A DNA stretch of 64,000 nt from Bythopirellula sp. (lineage in GTDB: Bacteria; Planctomycetota; Planctomycetia; Pirellulales; Lacipirellulaceae). The stretch spans positions 2,432,001 through 2,496,000 of the forward strand of contig OZ244170.1 of the NCBI GenBank assembly GCA_965216565.1, written 5' to 3'. The notes below the pieces were generated by a model that saw nothing but the letters and a program-made list of their open reading frames with translations, was not told where the DNA came from and searched no databases. The position numbers and the translations under genes were made by a program. Positions 1 to 11,000 of the stretch are shown here, one piece after another (the stretch's first letter is position 1; each line of letters begins with the position of its first letter).

Positions 1-420
1 GGTCATGCTGCAAGCTTGACGATGGCAGCGGCGGTGCTCGATTTATTTCAGATTCTCATTGAAAAGCAGGGTAGGGCACCATTGATTGAGGAGGCTAGCA
101 GTAAAAGCACTCACGAAATTGAGCGGTATGTAGAATACCTCGACTACCATTTTTTCGAAGCTCAAGACATTCAAACCGCTGCGCGGCAGTTAGGCATGTC
201 GAGAAGGACGTTTACGAAGCACTTTCGCGAAGTGACGGGCAAATCATGGCTCGAATACGTCCACTCAAAAGCAATTGATCACGCAGCGCGGCTCTTACTA
301 GAGACTCCCGCGCCGATCACATCGATCGCCTTTGAATGTGGCTTCGCAGATCTTTCGACCTTCTACCGGCAATTCAAAGCTAGAAAAGGCACGAGTCCCG
401 CAGCCTGGCGAAGCCAATGA
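1..420 (+). CDS. AraC-family transcriptional regulator (5'-truncated by window edge)
   Basis: Frame is open from position 1. AraC double HTH motifs: GMSRRTFTKHF and ITSIAFECGFADLSTFYRQFK. Confidence 0.9.
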   Translation, partial: GHAASLTMAAAVLDLFQILIEKQGRAPLIEEASSKSTHEIERYVEYLDYHFFEAQDIQTAARQLGMSRRTFTKHFREVTGKSWLEYVHSKAIDHAARLLLETPAPITSIAFECGFADLSTFYRQFKARKGTSPAAWRSQ

Positions 421-463
421 CACTCTTTGGTTCGAGTTTCTACCTGGCTCGAATGATCAGCGA

Positions 464-1549
464 CTACCGCTGAACTCTAGCCGAGCCTCCGCTTGCTAGA
501 GCTTCGACTTCGGAAAGCGTCGCCATTGAGACATCTCCCGGGAACGTAGTCAGCAAGGCCCCATGAGCCCAACCCAAACGGAGAGCCTCCTCCTCCGAGC
601 GACCCGAGAGCAATCCATAGATAAGTCCCGAGCAGAACCCATCGCCTCCGCCGATGCGATCGATCACGTCTAGATCCAACATAGGGCTGACATACTTTTC
701 ACCGTCTAGCCAGAGCAAGGCACCCCATTGGTGCCGATTTGTACTTTTGACTTCGCGAAGAGTCGTCGCCACAGCTTTCACATTCGGATACTGCTGTTTG
801 ACCTTCTCAATCATTTTGAAAAACTGATCCGTGTCGAGATCAGACTTCTCTTCAACGTCTTGCCCTTCGATACCGAGGCTCTTCTGCAAATCCTCTTCAT
901 TACCGATCAAGACGTCGACGTTGGACGCTATCGCCTGCATCATTTCGCGGCCCTTGGCCTCACCACCCTCGAGCGTCTTCCAGAGTTTACCCCGATAGTT
1001 AAGGTCGAATGATGCAATCGCACCGCTGTCTCGTGCAGCCTTCATCCCTTCGACGATTAGCTCAGCCGTTTGCCCACCCAGAGCAGCAAAAATACCGCCG
1101 GAGTGGAACCAGCGGACGCCGTTGGAAAAGATAGTCTTCCAATCGAAGTCCCCGGGTTTCAGTAAGGCTCCTGCCTCGTTGGCCCGGTTGTAAAATACCA
1201 CTGGCGGACGCACTCCCTGCCCGCGATCGCTGTAGACCGTGGCAATGTTAGGGCCGCGTACACCATCGTGCTCAAACTGCTTGTAGTGGCTTTGGACTCC
1301 CATCTCACGGATTCTGGCCTGCACGAGTTCGCCGATTCCGTTGTCCACCATTGCCGTAGCAATGCCAGTTTGCAGGCCGAAGCAACTCGCCAAATTGGCC
1401 GCAGCATTGTATTCGCCGCCTGAAATATGGACTTCTAAAGTTCGACAACGCCGAAATGGGATCACGCCTGGATCGAGGCGATGCACCACGGCACCGAGAG
1501 AAAGAAAGTCGAGTTGGCAGTCATCTTTGCGAATGTTTAGACCAGACAC
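464..1549 (-). CDS. kdgK: PfkB-family sugar kinase, 2-dehydro-3-deoxygluconokinase-like
   Basis: GGEYNAA, WFHSGGI, SFDLNYRGKLW, GNEED and DRIGGGDGF motifs; uronate-catabolism gene context. Confidence 0.8.
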   Translation of the reverse strand: MSGLNIRKDDCQLDFLSLGAVVHRLDPGVIPFRRCRTLEVHISGGEYNAAANLASCFGLQTGIATAMVDNGIGELVQARIREMGVQSHYKQFEHDGVRGPNIATVYSDRGQGVRPPVVFYNRANEAGALLKPGDFDWKTIFSNGVRWFHSGGIFAALGGQTAELIVEGMKAARDSGAIASFDLNYRGKLWKTLEGGEAKGREMMQAIASNVDVLIGNEEDLQKSLGIEGQDVEEKSDLDTDQFFKMIEKVKQQYPNVKAVATTLREVKSTNRHQWGALLWLDGEKYVSPMLDLDVIDRIGGGDGFCSGLIYGLLSGRSEEEALRLGWAHGALLTTFPGDVSMATLSEVEALASGGSARVQR

Positions 1550-1563
1550 TATTAGTACCCTAA

Positions 1564-3279
1564 TTACGATTCAGTGGAAGGATTCTTGCGAAGCATTTGA
1601 ACGACTAAGACAATGGCGATATAGCCTGCGGCAAAATAGAGCCCCATGCTCCCGCCTTTTTTGTAAACTGCGGATATTCCAGCGGCAGTCGCTGCAAGAG
1701 CCGCAAAGCCCATCAGCACATTCCACACCATGCGGGACGTGCCTTGTGGTCGCTCTTCACCCATGAGCGTTTTTTGATTCATCATTAAATAAAACGTGAT
1801 ATAAGCAATGGGTAGGAGCATGGCGCCAAACACGCCTGCTACTACGGTCAACCATGCTTTGGCATTTCCAGTCCATAGCAGCGGCCAGAGAACACCATTG
1901 GCAGAGGCCAGGCAGCCAATTCGGAACAGCCAGCCTCGGGGTGGGACATCGAAAATTTCGCAAACGATAAAACCAGAGATCAGCATCATCAGCGAAATCG
2001 ACGAAAGGGTCATCCCCACTACGCCGATGCCAAACACGACATTCGAGAAAAAGCGTCCTCCTTTCCCCGACTCATCGGAGAACAATTGCTGGAGAGACGT
2101 TGCCAGATCGTAGGTATCTCGTTTCACTAAGACCGCCGCTAACTTCTTTTCCGCCAGACTTGGTTCTGAACCCAGGTCCGAGTTATCCGCATCACTCGCA
2201 GTAATGCGCTGAGACACCATCGATTCGTAGGCCTTCTCGAATCGTGGTGGGACCGTAACAGAAGTTTCGGACAGCTCAAAACCATCTGGAAGTCTGGCAT
2301 GAAACTGTGTCGCCGCTGCGATAACCACACAACCGGTCGCTAACACGAACGGAATAAAGGTTCCAGTAGACATGTCGAAAATAGTTAGACCCCGGAAGTC
2401 TTTGTCCCAACCTCGCGAAAGCAAGTTGTAGGGCAGCAGAAAGGTCATATTGATTCCAACCGCAGCGGCACCGGCACTTAGCATGATATCTCGCTGTTGG
2501 CTAACTATGAGGTCACTCCAATAGGCGGCAGCAGCTGGTTCTGAAATTGCATCGAGCAATGGCTTGAAGGTCTCTGCAGGGGCATAAATGTGGTGAAGCT
2601 TGGGAATAAGCCCTACCAGAATCGCTCCCCAATCGATGCCATCGCCCACTGTCGACATGCGTACCACGACACCAATGAAGCAGAGGACAATCACCGCGAC
2701 GACTATTTTCAGTAGACCTTCATAGATTTTCACGCCTCTGCTCCCAGAGCCATAGCTCCAAGTTACTAGCGTGCAGAGGATGAGTATTGCAATAGATACA
2801 AGCCACTTTCCTGCAGTGCTGGCTTCTGTTCCATTGGCATTGGCCAATGCCCCGTCGCCCATAAATACTTCCGGCAACAAGTTCTGCTCAACGACTGCAA
2901 AGCAGAGCGAGTACTGCGGCATCGACCAAACCATATTTGCCATTAGCGAGGCGATCAACCACGACCAGCCGAGCACGGGATTGATGTGCTCATTGATTGA
3001 TCGGAAGGGTCGCTCACCGGTGGAAAGCGTCACATAGCTAATAGCGCTCAGCATGATGACGCCCAGGATCATGGCGAACGGCTGCAGCCAAATCATGCTT
3101 ACGCCAGCAAGAATCCCAAGATACAGGCTACTTCCCAGCGACCCACCGCCCAGTGTGAGTGCGCTTTGCATCCAGCCCGGTCCCGATAGTTTAGAGAAGG
3201 CAAGGAGTTTCCCCAGAGTCCCCTTGTCTTGCGCTTGGAGAATTTTTTGCCGATCTAACTCAACCTGTGAGTTTTCCAT
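1564..3279 (-). CDS. NRAMP-like (MntH superfamily) transporter
   Basis: GPGWMQSALTLGGGS N-terminal motif and many hydrophobic segments; lacks the canonical DPGN metal motif. Confidence 0.7.
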   Translation of the reverse strand: MENSQVELDRQKILQAQDKGTLGKLLAFSKLSGPGWMQSALTLGGGSLGSSLYLGILAGVSMIWLQPFAMILGVIMLSAISYVTLSTGERPFRSINEHINPVLGWSWLIASLMANMVWSMPQYSLCFAVVEQNLLPEVFMGDGALANANGTEASTAGKWLVSIAILILCTLVTWSYGSGSRGVKIYEGLLKIVVAVIVLCFIGVVVRMSTVGDGIDWGAILVGLIPKLHHIYAPAETFKPLLDAISEPAAAAYWSDLIVSQQRDIMLSAGAAAVGINMTFLLPYNLLSRGWDKDFRGLTIFDMSTGTFIPFVLATGCVVIAAATQFHARLPDGFELSETSVTVPPRFEKAYESMVSQRITASDADNSDLGSEPSLAEKKLAAVLVKRDTYDLATSLQQLFSDESGKGGRFFSNVVFGIGVVGMTLSSISLMMLISGFIVCEIFDVPPRGWLFRIGCLASANGVLWPLLWTGNAKAWLTVVAGVFGAMLLPIAYITFYLMMNQKTLMGEERPQGTSRMVWNVLMGFAALAATAAGISAVYKKGGSMGLYFAAGYIAIVLVVQMLRKNPSTES

Positions 3280-3304
3280 GTATTGATCCTAGTAAAGACG
3301 GTTA

Positions 3305-4540
3305 CTACGAAATAAATCCTATGATACCAACACCCGCCATCGCGAGCGAAAAAACCGCGACCAAGGCTAAGAGTAAATTTTCGTAAGGGCGATTGACGTG
3401 TTCTCCCATCAACTGCTTGTTATTGAGCAAGTAAGCCAGACAAAGCACCGTCGTGGGAAGAATAATTGATCCCACAGCCTGCGAGGCCAGCATTACCCAA
3501 ACGGGTTTCGTGTGAAAAATAGGCACAACAAGCCCCAAGGCACACATCCCCAGCACGATCATCCTATCAGTGTTGCTGCGAATTTGAGCCGAATCCCCTC
3601 GGTAATCATGCCTCATCCAAGGCACCGATGCAACGTTAGGAAACTGAGAAGATATGCCGGCTGCGCTGACTCCCAGGACAAAGATAGTCACTGCTAGGCT
3701 ACCGGCGATGGGCTGTAGCAACGGCACCATCTCCCGCACGTGCTGGAATTCAACACCATGCCGATGCAAACTGCCGGCGGCGGAAATCATGATTGCGGCA
3801 CTAATTACAAAGACTAGCGTTGCACTAACCGCGGCATCCCGCTTTTGCGTCGCAAGTTGCTCCGTCGTCCATTCTTGCTCGCGAACTAGAATCGAGCGCA
3901 GAATCAACACGATGGGAGCAACCGTTGTTCCAACCATGCTGGCTACGACTAGGAATCCCGAACGCGAGGAATTCGTTGCCGAAACCTCCGGGATATTGGG
4001 AACTAAACCTTGAATAACCTCCTCCGGAGACGGCAACATCGTGACCGCGTTGGCAATAAAACAGATGCCCATAACACCTGCCAACGCTGCCAAGATCTTC
4101 TCGATGGACTTCACACTTCCGGTAATCAAAACAAGAAAGATTATTACGGAAACTATACTGGCCCAAACGAGTGCCGACATCATGCCCACACCCCAAGAAG
4201 TCGACCATTCAGTTAAGATGCTCGCCAAGATGCCCATGACGCCCATAACGCTGGCACTGACGTTCAACGAGAGTGAGATAAGTAAGAACATCGCCAGGGC
4301 AGGATGAATTTTCTTGCGGATAGCGAATAGGGCCGAGCAGCCACTATGAATGGTTAATCGTCCGAATGAGTCGAAAAGGATGTAGGACACCAGACAGGAC
4401 AGTAGCAGCGCCCACAGCAAACTAGTACCGTGATCGGCACCTGCCTTGACCATTGCCGTAACGCTGCCCGTGCCGACGGTGAAGCCAACAAGAAATAATC
4501 CCGGCAAGAGTGAGTCGATAATGCGGGAAAGCTTCGTCAT
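3305..4540 (-). CDS. NRAMP-like transporter
   Basis: LPGLFLVGFTVGTGSVT, AGADHGTSLLWALLLS and SMVGTT motifs; about 11 TM segments. Confidence 0.75.
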   Translation of the reverse strand: MTKLSRIIDSLLPGLFLVGFTVGTGSVTAMVKAGADHGTSLLWALLLSCLVSYILFDSFGRLTIHSGCSALFAIRKKIHPALAMFLLISLSLNVSASVMGVMGILASILTEWSTSWGVGMMSALVWASIVSVIIFLVLITGSVKSIEKILAALAGVMGICFIANAVTMLPSPEEVIQGLVPNIPEVSATNSSRSGFLVVASMVGTTVAPIVLILRSILVREQEWTTEQLATQKRDAAVSATLVFVISAAIMISAAGSLHRHGVEFQHVREMVPLLQPIAGSLAVTIFVLGVSAAGISSQFPNVASVPWMRHDYRGDSAQIRSNTDRMIVLGMCALGLVVPIFHTKPVWVMLASQAVGSIILPTTVLCLAYLLNNKQLMGEHVNRPYENLLLALVAVFSLAMAGVGIIGFIS

Positions 4541-4576
4541 AGGGTCCCATCGAATGGCAAAGCCTCGGCGCTCCGA

Positions 4577-5329
4577 CTAGCGGACTATTTGCATTGTCAT
4601 TCCACCATCGACTGTGATGGACTCGCCTGTCATGAACTCGTTGGTGACCAGTAGCCTGATCGCTTCGGCAACATCTTCCACAGTCCCTTCCCGGTGCAAC
4701 GGAAGACGGTTTGCCAGATTGTGCTTTTGCGCTTCAGGTGTCATCGCCTCGTGAAAGCGTGTCCGAATGATGCCTGGATTCACACAGTTCACGCGAATAT
4801 TGTCATCAGCGACATCGCGGGCCAGCATCCGAGTGAAGTTCAACAATGCCCCCTTCACTGTGCCGTAGGCAAACGCCCCAGGACAACCTCTAATTCCGGC
4901 GGCCGAGGAGATCAGAACTATCGCACCTTCACCGCTCTTTCTGAACCAGGGTAGCGACTTCCTGCAAAGGTGAAACGCCGCGTGGACGTGGATATCAAAA
5001 GTTTCGTGCCACTGCTCGACAGTGATGTCTTCAATCTTTCCCGGAGAAGGACCACCAGCGGAGTGGACCAAAATGTCGAGACCGCCAAGTGCCTCGGCCG
5101 ATTCGGCAACACATCGCTCAGCCTCGCTTTGCTTGCCGAGGTCGCCTTGCTGGAAAAAGCAGCGACGACCGAGTGCTTCAATGGCCTGGATTAACTCGTC
5201 AGTCGACTCATCTCGGTTGCGGGCGTTGATCGCCACGTCGGCACCGCCGGTAGCCAAATCCAGAGCCACTGCGGCACCGATCCCTTTTGTGCCACCGGTG
5301 ATTAGAGCACGTTTGCCTTGTAGATTCAT
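4577..5329 (-). CDS. SDR-family NAD(P)-dependent oxidoreductase (candidate DEH reductase)
   Basis: TGGTKGIG, YxxxK (YGTVK), IRVNCVNPG. Substrate inferred from context only. Confidence 0.85.
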   Translation of the reverse strand: MNLQGKRALITGGTKGIGAAVALDLATGGADVAINARNRDESTDELIQAIEALGRRCFFQQGDLGKQSEAERCVAESAEALGGLDILVHSAGGPSPGKIEDITVEQWHETFDIHVHAAFHLCRKSLPWFRKSGEGAIVLISSAAGIRGCPGAFAYGTVKGALLNFTRMLARDVADDNIRVNCVNPGIIRTRFHEAMTPEAQKHNLANRLPLHREGTVEDVAEAIRLLVTNEFMTGESITVDGGMTMQIVR

Positions 5330-5368
5330 TTATTTCGCCTTGTGAATCGAAGTAAGTGTGTCACTTGC

Positions 5369-6280
5369 TCAGGCAAGCCAACTCTTGAGCACTTTCAGAT
5401 CTCGTCGTAGTGCATCGATGTTATCCTGAGTCGATCCCTTTTTTAGGTATTCAACATGCAAGGAAATAGGACCCGAGAAATTATCCTCTTTGACGATATC
5501 AAAGAAATCGGGATTGACCCTACCTTCGCCCAGGGGAACATGCTCCGCTTTTTTGCCTTCCCATTGGAAGTCTTTGACGTAGAGAGCTCCGATATGTGGC
5601 TTAATCACGTCGTAGAGCACCGGCCAGGAGAGGCCGGCTTCAATCGTGGCGTGGCGAATGTCGAACGCAACGCTAATCTGATCGGCAGGTACGCCATTCA
5701 AGAGTAAATGCAGATCCCAGATCGTAGCACCGACAAATTTCGCATCGGAGTGATTCTGATAGAGTGCGCTGATCCCCAGATCTTTGTTCATTGCTGCCAG
5801 ATCATTGAGTCCCGGCCGAATGTCTTCGATTTGCTTTAGAATCGGTTTCGTGAGATCGTACTTGTAAAAGCCCATTCGGTAACTCTTGATGCCCAAATCG
5901 ACAGCAGTACGTAGGACCTTTTCAGTAAGAGGTTGGTCTGGTGTCAGGACATCCGAGGCCATGGTCGTGACCTCCAAGTCCCTCTTGTTGAGAGCCTCGA
6001 CCATCTTGGGCAGATCTTCTTCCACATTCTCTGGCAGAACATGACCGCCATTGCGGACGGTGGCTTCGACACCCACAAATCCCAACTCAGCGATGGTATC
6101 TGCCAACTCGTCATAAGAAAGATCCTGCAGAAATTTTGTGAATGCACAAATCCTGTAGTTGGTCGCTTCATGTTCATGAGCAAGGGCCGAAAGCCCTCCC
6201 AACATTGTGCTGGCGGCCGCACCTGCGACTGCTCTGGAGACAAATTCCCGCCGATCGATACCGCATTTAGCGATGTTCAC
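5369..6280 (-). CDS. Tat-exported sugar phosphate isomerase/epimerase (xylose-isomerase-like TIM barrel)
   Basis: DRREFV Tat motif; YQNH, FDIRH, YVKD, VPLGEG and SLHVE metal-ligand-type motifs. Confidence 0.8.
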   Translation of the reverse strand: MNIAKCGIDRREFVSRAVAGAAASTMLGGLSALAHEHEATNYRICAFTKFLQDLSYDELADTIAELGFVGVEATVRNGGHVLPENVEEDLPKMVEALNKRDLEVTTMASDVLTPDQPLTEKVLRTAVDLGIKSYRMGFYKYDLTKPILKQIEDIRPGLNDLAAMNKDLGISALYQNHSDAKFVGATIWDLHLLLNGVPADQISVAFDIRHATIEAGLSWPVLYDVIKPHIGALYVKDFQWEGKKAEHVPLGEGRVNPDFFDIVKEDNFSGPISLHVEYLKKGSTQDNIDALRRDLKVLKSWLA

Positions 6281-6563
6281 TATGCAACCTCCACCTAGAT
6301 AAGAGAACTCTACGAAACTGGCACTAATCTGTAGCCAGCGAGTTTCGATTCGTTGTAACTCTAGGGAAGATTAACATGAATAGAGGCGGAATGAGAGTTG
6401 AAAAAACGGCAGTCTATTCCGGAATTTGGACAAGCCAGGTCTACCTGCGGAACAGCGTAATTCAGCTTTTGGATTCCTCTTTTATCGAATAGCGACACGG
6501 ATTTCGAAGGTAGAGTCGTTCCATCGTCGAACTGCAATGTCGCATATCTGCTCTACTTTCGCC

Positions 6564-8012
6564 TTAAGCAATTAGCTGCTTAACCACCTTTGCCGGTTCA
6601 ACTCCGGTTAGTTTTTGATCCAATCCTTGGAATTTGAATGTGAACTCGTCGTGGTTCATTCCTAGGAGGTGCAAAACAGTCGCGTGAAAATCGCGAATAT
6701 GCAGTGGATCCTTGGTAATGTTGTAAGAAAACTCGTCGGTCTCGCCAAAGATGGTACCGCCCTTGGCACCTCCCCCGGCCATCCACATCGAGAAGCAGCG
6801 TGGGTGATGATCACGGCCGTAGTTGTCCGCAGTCAACGTGCCTTGGGAGTAAATCGTGCGTCCAAACTCACCACCCCAGATCACCAACGTATCGTCCAGC
6901 ATGCCACGCTGCTTAAGGTCCTCAAGCAACGCAAAACAGGGCTGATCGACATCCTTGCACTGGTCGGGCAATCGTCCACCGACATTCGCATGGTGATCCC
7001 AATTGTTATGGTATACCTGGACGAAGCGAACTCCACGTTCTGCCAACCGGCGGGCCATGAGTGCTGTGTTGGCAAAAGAGCCAGGCTTCTTCACTTCTTC
7101 GCCGTACAATTTCAATATGCTCTCTGGCTCCTGATTGAGATCGGTAAGCTCTGGGACGCTCGATTGCATGCGAAATGCCATCTCGTACTGCTTTATCCGC
7201 GTATGCGTTTCTGGATCGCCCCATTTTTCCAAAGCAATTCTATTTAATTCATTGAGGCCATCGATCGATTGCTTACGTATCGACTCGGGAACACCCGGTG
7301 GGTTATTGATGTAGAGTATCGGATCACCTTTGCTACGGAACGATACGCCGGCATGCTCGCCGGGTAGGTACCCCGCGCTCCATAATCGGGCAGAGATTGC
7401 TTGTTCTTGCTCTCGGTTTGTGGGAGTTGCAACTAGAACCACAAAAGCCGGTAGGTTTTGATTATCAGAACCCAAGCCGTAAGCCGCCCAGGAGCCAAGA
7501 CAAGGTCGACCCGTGACTTGATTGCCGGTCTGCATCGCTGTAATTGCCGGCTCGTGATTAATGGCCTCTGTGTGTAGGCTCCGCATCCAGCAAATGTCGT
7601 CTGCCTTTTTAGCTAGATTCGGAAGCAATTCGGTGTTCATCCACAGGCCACAATCTCCCGCGGGGCTAAATCGATACTTCGACGGAGCAATAGGAAATCG
7701 AGCCTGCCCACTGGTCATAGTAGTAAGTCGCTGGCCCATGCGGATCGACTCGGGCAAGTCTTTGTCGAACCATTTTTTCATCACCGGCTTGTAGTCGAAC
7801 AAGTCCATCTGGCTGGGCCCACCAACCATATGCAGATAGATGACGCGTTTTGCCCTGGCGGGAAAATGTGAATTCGTGCTTCGACTCTTCGAGGCACGGG
7901 CAACACCTTTGCCTAGCAGCGACGCTAGAGCGGCTGTCCCCACGACGCTTCCGCTGCGTGCAAAGAAATGCCTCCGAGTCACCTCTAACTTTAGTTCTCT
8001 CTGAGAATGCAC
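6564..8012 (-). CDS. DUF1501 domain protein (Tat signal)
   Basis: TRRHFF Tat motif; GGPSQMDLFDYKP, WDHH, GEFGRT, GRDHHP. Confidence 0.9.
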   Translation of the reverse strand: MHSQRELKLEVTRRHFFARSGSVVGTAALASLLGKGVARASKSRSTNSHFPARAKRVIYLHMVGGPSQMDLFDYKPVMKKWFDKDLPESIRMGQRLTTMTSGQARFPIAPSKYRFSPAGDCGLWMNTELLPNLAKKADDICWMRSLHTEAINHEPAITAMQTGNQVTGRPCLGSWAAYGLGSDNQNLPAFVVLVATPTNREQEQAISARLWSAGYLPGEHAGVSFRSKGDPILYINNPPGVPESIRKQSIDGLNELNRIALEKWGDPETHTRIKQYEMAFRMQSSVPELTDLNQEPESILKLYGEEVKKPGSFANTALMARRLAERGVRFVQVYHNNWDHHANVGGRLPDQCKDVDQPCFALLEDLKQRGMLDDTLVIWGGEFGRTIYSQGTLTADNYGRDHHPRCFSMWMAGGGAKGGTIFGETDEFSYNITKDPLHIRDFHATVLHLLGMNHDEFTFKFQGLDQKLTGVEPAKVVKQLIA

Positions 8013-8050
8013 TGCTGCGGCTCCTAAACTAATCGAAAGGCAAACTTGAA

Positions 8051-11000
8051 TTACTTACTTAGTGCTTCATCTAGGTTCATTAGTTGATTGCAAACCATGG
8101 TCCACGTGGCCAGCTCAACTTCTTCGAGCGTCTTGTCGTACTCGGAATCACCTACACCCAACAAAGCAACCGCATCGTTCGGATTCGACCGATAGTGCTG
8201 GCGGAACTCCCGACAATTGGCAAGGATTATGTCTGTCTCGACATCACTTATGGGACGACAAAGAACCCGCTCCGATACGCTACGTGCCAAGTTGGCCTCG
8301 TCGCCTTGTTGTGATTGCATTGCTTCTTCTGCTAACTTCCTTGCAGCTTCTACGAATTGAACGTCATTCAGTGTGACGAGAGCTTGGAGTGGGGTGTTGG
8401 TGCGTTCCCGGCGTACTGTGCACACCTCTCGGCTAGGAGCATTCAATGCCTCCAAACTAGGAGGCGGGGCCATCCGCTTCCAAAAGTTGTAAACAGATCG
8501 ACGATAAAGGTTTTCTCCAGAGTCCACCAAATAGTCTCGCGTATTCCCCCCCGGCAGGCCCACGATGTCCCAAATCCCAACCGGTTGATAAGGATGGGTC
8601 CCAGGGCCAAACATTTTTCTTGAGAGTAAACCACTCGTTGCAAGTGCATAGTCTCGCACCATCTCGGCGTCCATGCGGAACCGCGGACCACGCGAAAGCA
8701 AATAATTACCACGATCTACTTCTCGCTTGTCGGGCGTGACAATTGCTGCCTGCCTATAAGTCGCACTCATGAAGATCGACTTAAACAATTTCTTCACATC
8801 CCAGCCACTTTCACGGAAATCAACCGCCAGCCAATCGAGCAACGCCGGGTGCGTCGGAGGGGAACCCATCACGCCAAAATCCTCGGGGGTTGCGACAAAC
8901 CCAAGACCAAAGACTTCCTGCCAGAAACGGTTCACCGTAACTCGAGTCGTTAGCGGATTGGCAGGATCGATAACCCACTTTGCAAGTCCGAGCCGATTGG
9001 GTGGCGCATCATTTGGCAAAGCATGTAATGCTGCGGGAGTGGCAGCCGTGACTTCTTCCCCAGGTGCATCGTAAGCACCACGCATCAGCATATGCGCTTT
9101 AGCTGGAGAATCAGCGTTCTCTTGTTGAATGTGCGTGATCGGGCTTCGTGTGCGAATAGCGTCAATCTCGTGAGCCAAATTGGCCTTTGCTGCACTAACT
9201 CGCTGATATTCGTCGTCGTAATTTTTGAGATAGTGAACTCGGAGACTTTCTAGCTGCTCCTTCGTTCGCTCCCCCGGTTTGGCAGCTAATATAGATTTCA
9301 AACTCGATAGCTCAGCCAGATACTTAATTTCGTAGTCCTTCAACTCGCGATTGTAGATCCGGACATCTTGAACCGACCCACCCTCAAACGCCGCACCTTG
9401 GGCTCGACGTCCAACTCGCAACTCTGTTGAATTGCGAATCGTGGCACCCGGCTTGAGAGTGTCTCGTTCAATATTCACCGCCACCCGCCGACCGTTGACA
9501 TAGATCCTGATGCCACTTGCCTCAGCTGAGCCATCGTACGTCACAAACAAATGTTGCCATCGCTTGGGACTATAAGTCGGCTTCTGCGTAGAGACCTTGA
9601 TGGCATTATTGGGCCATGTATCAATGAGATGCACCGCGTGGAATATGGATTGCTGCCACAGATCCCAGCCCCGGTGTTTATGTTTTTCGTCCATTCGCGA
9701 AATGATTGCAGAGCCAAACTCTCCTTGTACCGTTCGAACCCAAGCGCCATAGCTAAAGGGTTGATCGAGATCAAAATCTCCTTGATCGCCAAGTTCGAAA
9801 TAGGCATCCTTTGCTAGAATCGGAGATGAGCCGGAATATCCTTCCTCGAGCCAATCAATCGATCCAACGGCTGTAAATTTAGTGTCCGATCCAACCGTGG
9901 CCCGCACCTCGTTGCCTTGGCCCTCGTCGAGCGGGATATGAAATGCAAGGCTCTCTGTGGGCAGACTAGCAACCAGCTGTTCCGGGCTGGCTGTTGCAAG
10001 CCATTCTTCAAACTTCGGCTCCGCTTCTTTAGTTCGGAGCATAATTTTGTCATTAACCTCAGCCAACTCTTCCTCAAGAATATCCAACCGTGCTCGGTCC
10101 TCGTCTGATGGCACTACCAGGATGGGGCCTTTGCCATCCTTGAGATTTCCATCGTGGCTCTGCTGCGTCGTATTTCGGAAGAAGGCAGCGAGGGAATAGT
10201 AATCCTTCATTGATATAGGATCAAACTTATGGTCATGACACTGGCAACAGTTCGTCGTCAGGCCAAGAAACACCCAACCAAATGTCTGCACTCGATCCGA
10301 CGCATAGTTAGCCAGATTCTCCTCCTTTATCGTGCCCCCTTCATTGGTCGTGATGTTGCATCGCTGAAATCCGGTAGCGATCAGTTGCTCGTCGGTGGGG
10401 TCGTCGAGCAAATCACCCGCAAGTTGCTCGACAGTGAATTCGTCAAACGGTTGATTCTTATTGAATGCCTTAATCACCCAATCCCGATAGACCCACATTT
10501 CGCGGTAATTGTCAAAGTGCATTCCATGGGTATCGCCGTAACGTGCCGCGTCGAGCCAATACCTGCCTCGATGCTCACCCCAAGCCGACGACTGCATCAA
10601 CTTATCGATCCACTGAGACATCGCCTCTTCGCTGTCTCGATGGTACTGATCGACAAAATTTTCAACGTTCTCCAGGCTAGGAGGCAAACCGGTAATATCC
10701 AAATGGAGCCGACGAAAAAGCACATGTGGATCCGCCTCGGGGGCAGGCTTCAGACCGAATTCTTCTAGCTTGGCAAGCGTGAAGTGATCGATCTCATTCT
10801 TGGGCCACTCTCGATCGTTGACTACGGGCAGTTTCGATTGCACAGGCGCAATCAATGCCCAATGCGGTTGATACTCCGCTCCATTGGTCACCCAGTCTCT
10901 AAGAAGTTTCTTCTCCTCCGTAGTGAGTGACTTCTTCGACTCCGGCGGTGGCATCACCAGATCTGGATCATTGGAGAAAACGCGAGCAACGACTTCACTG

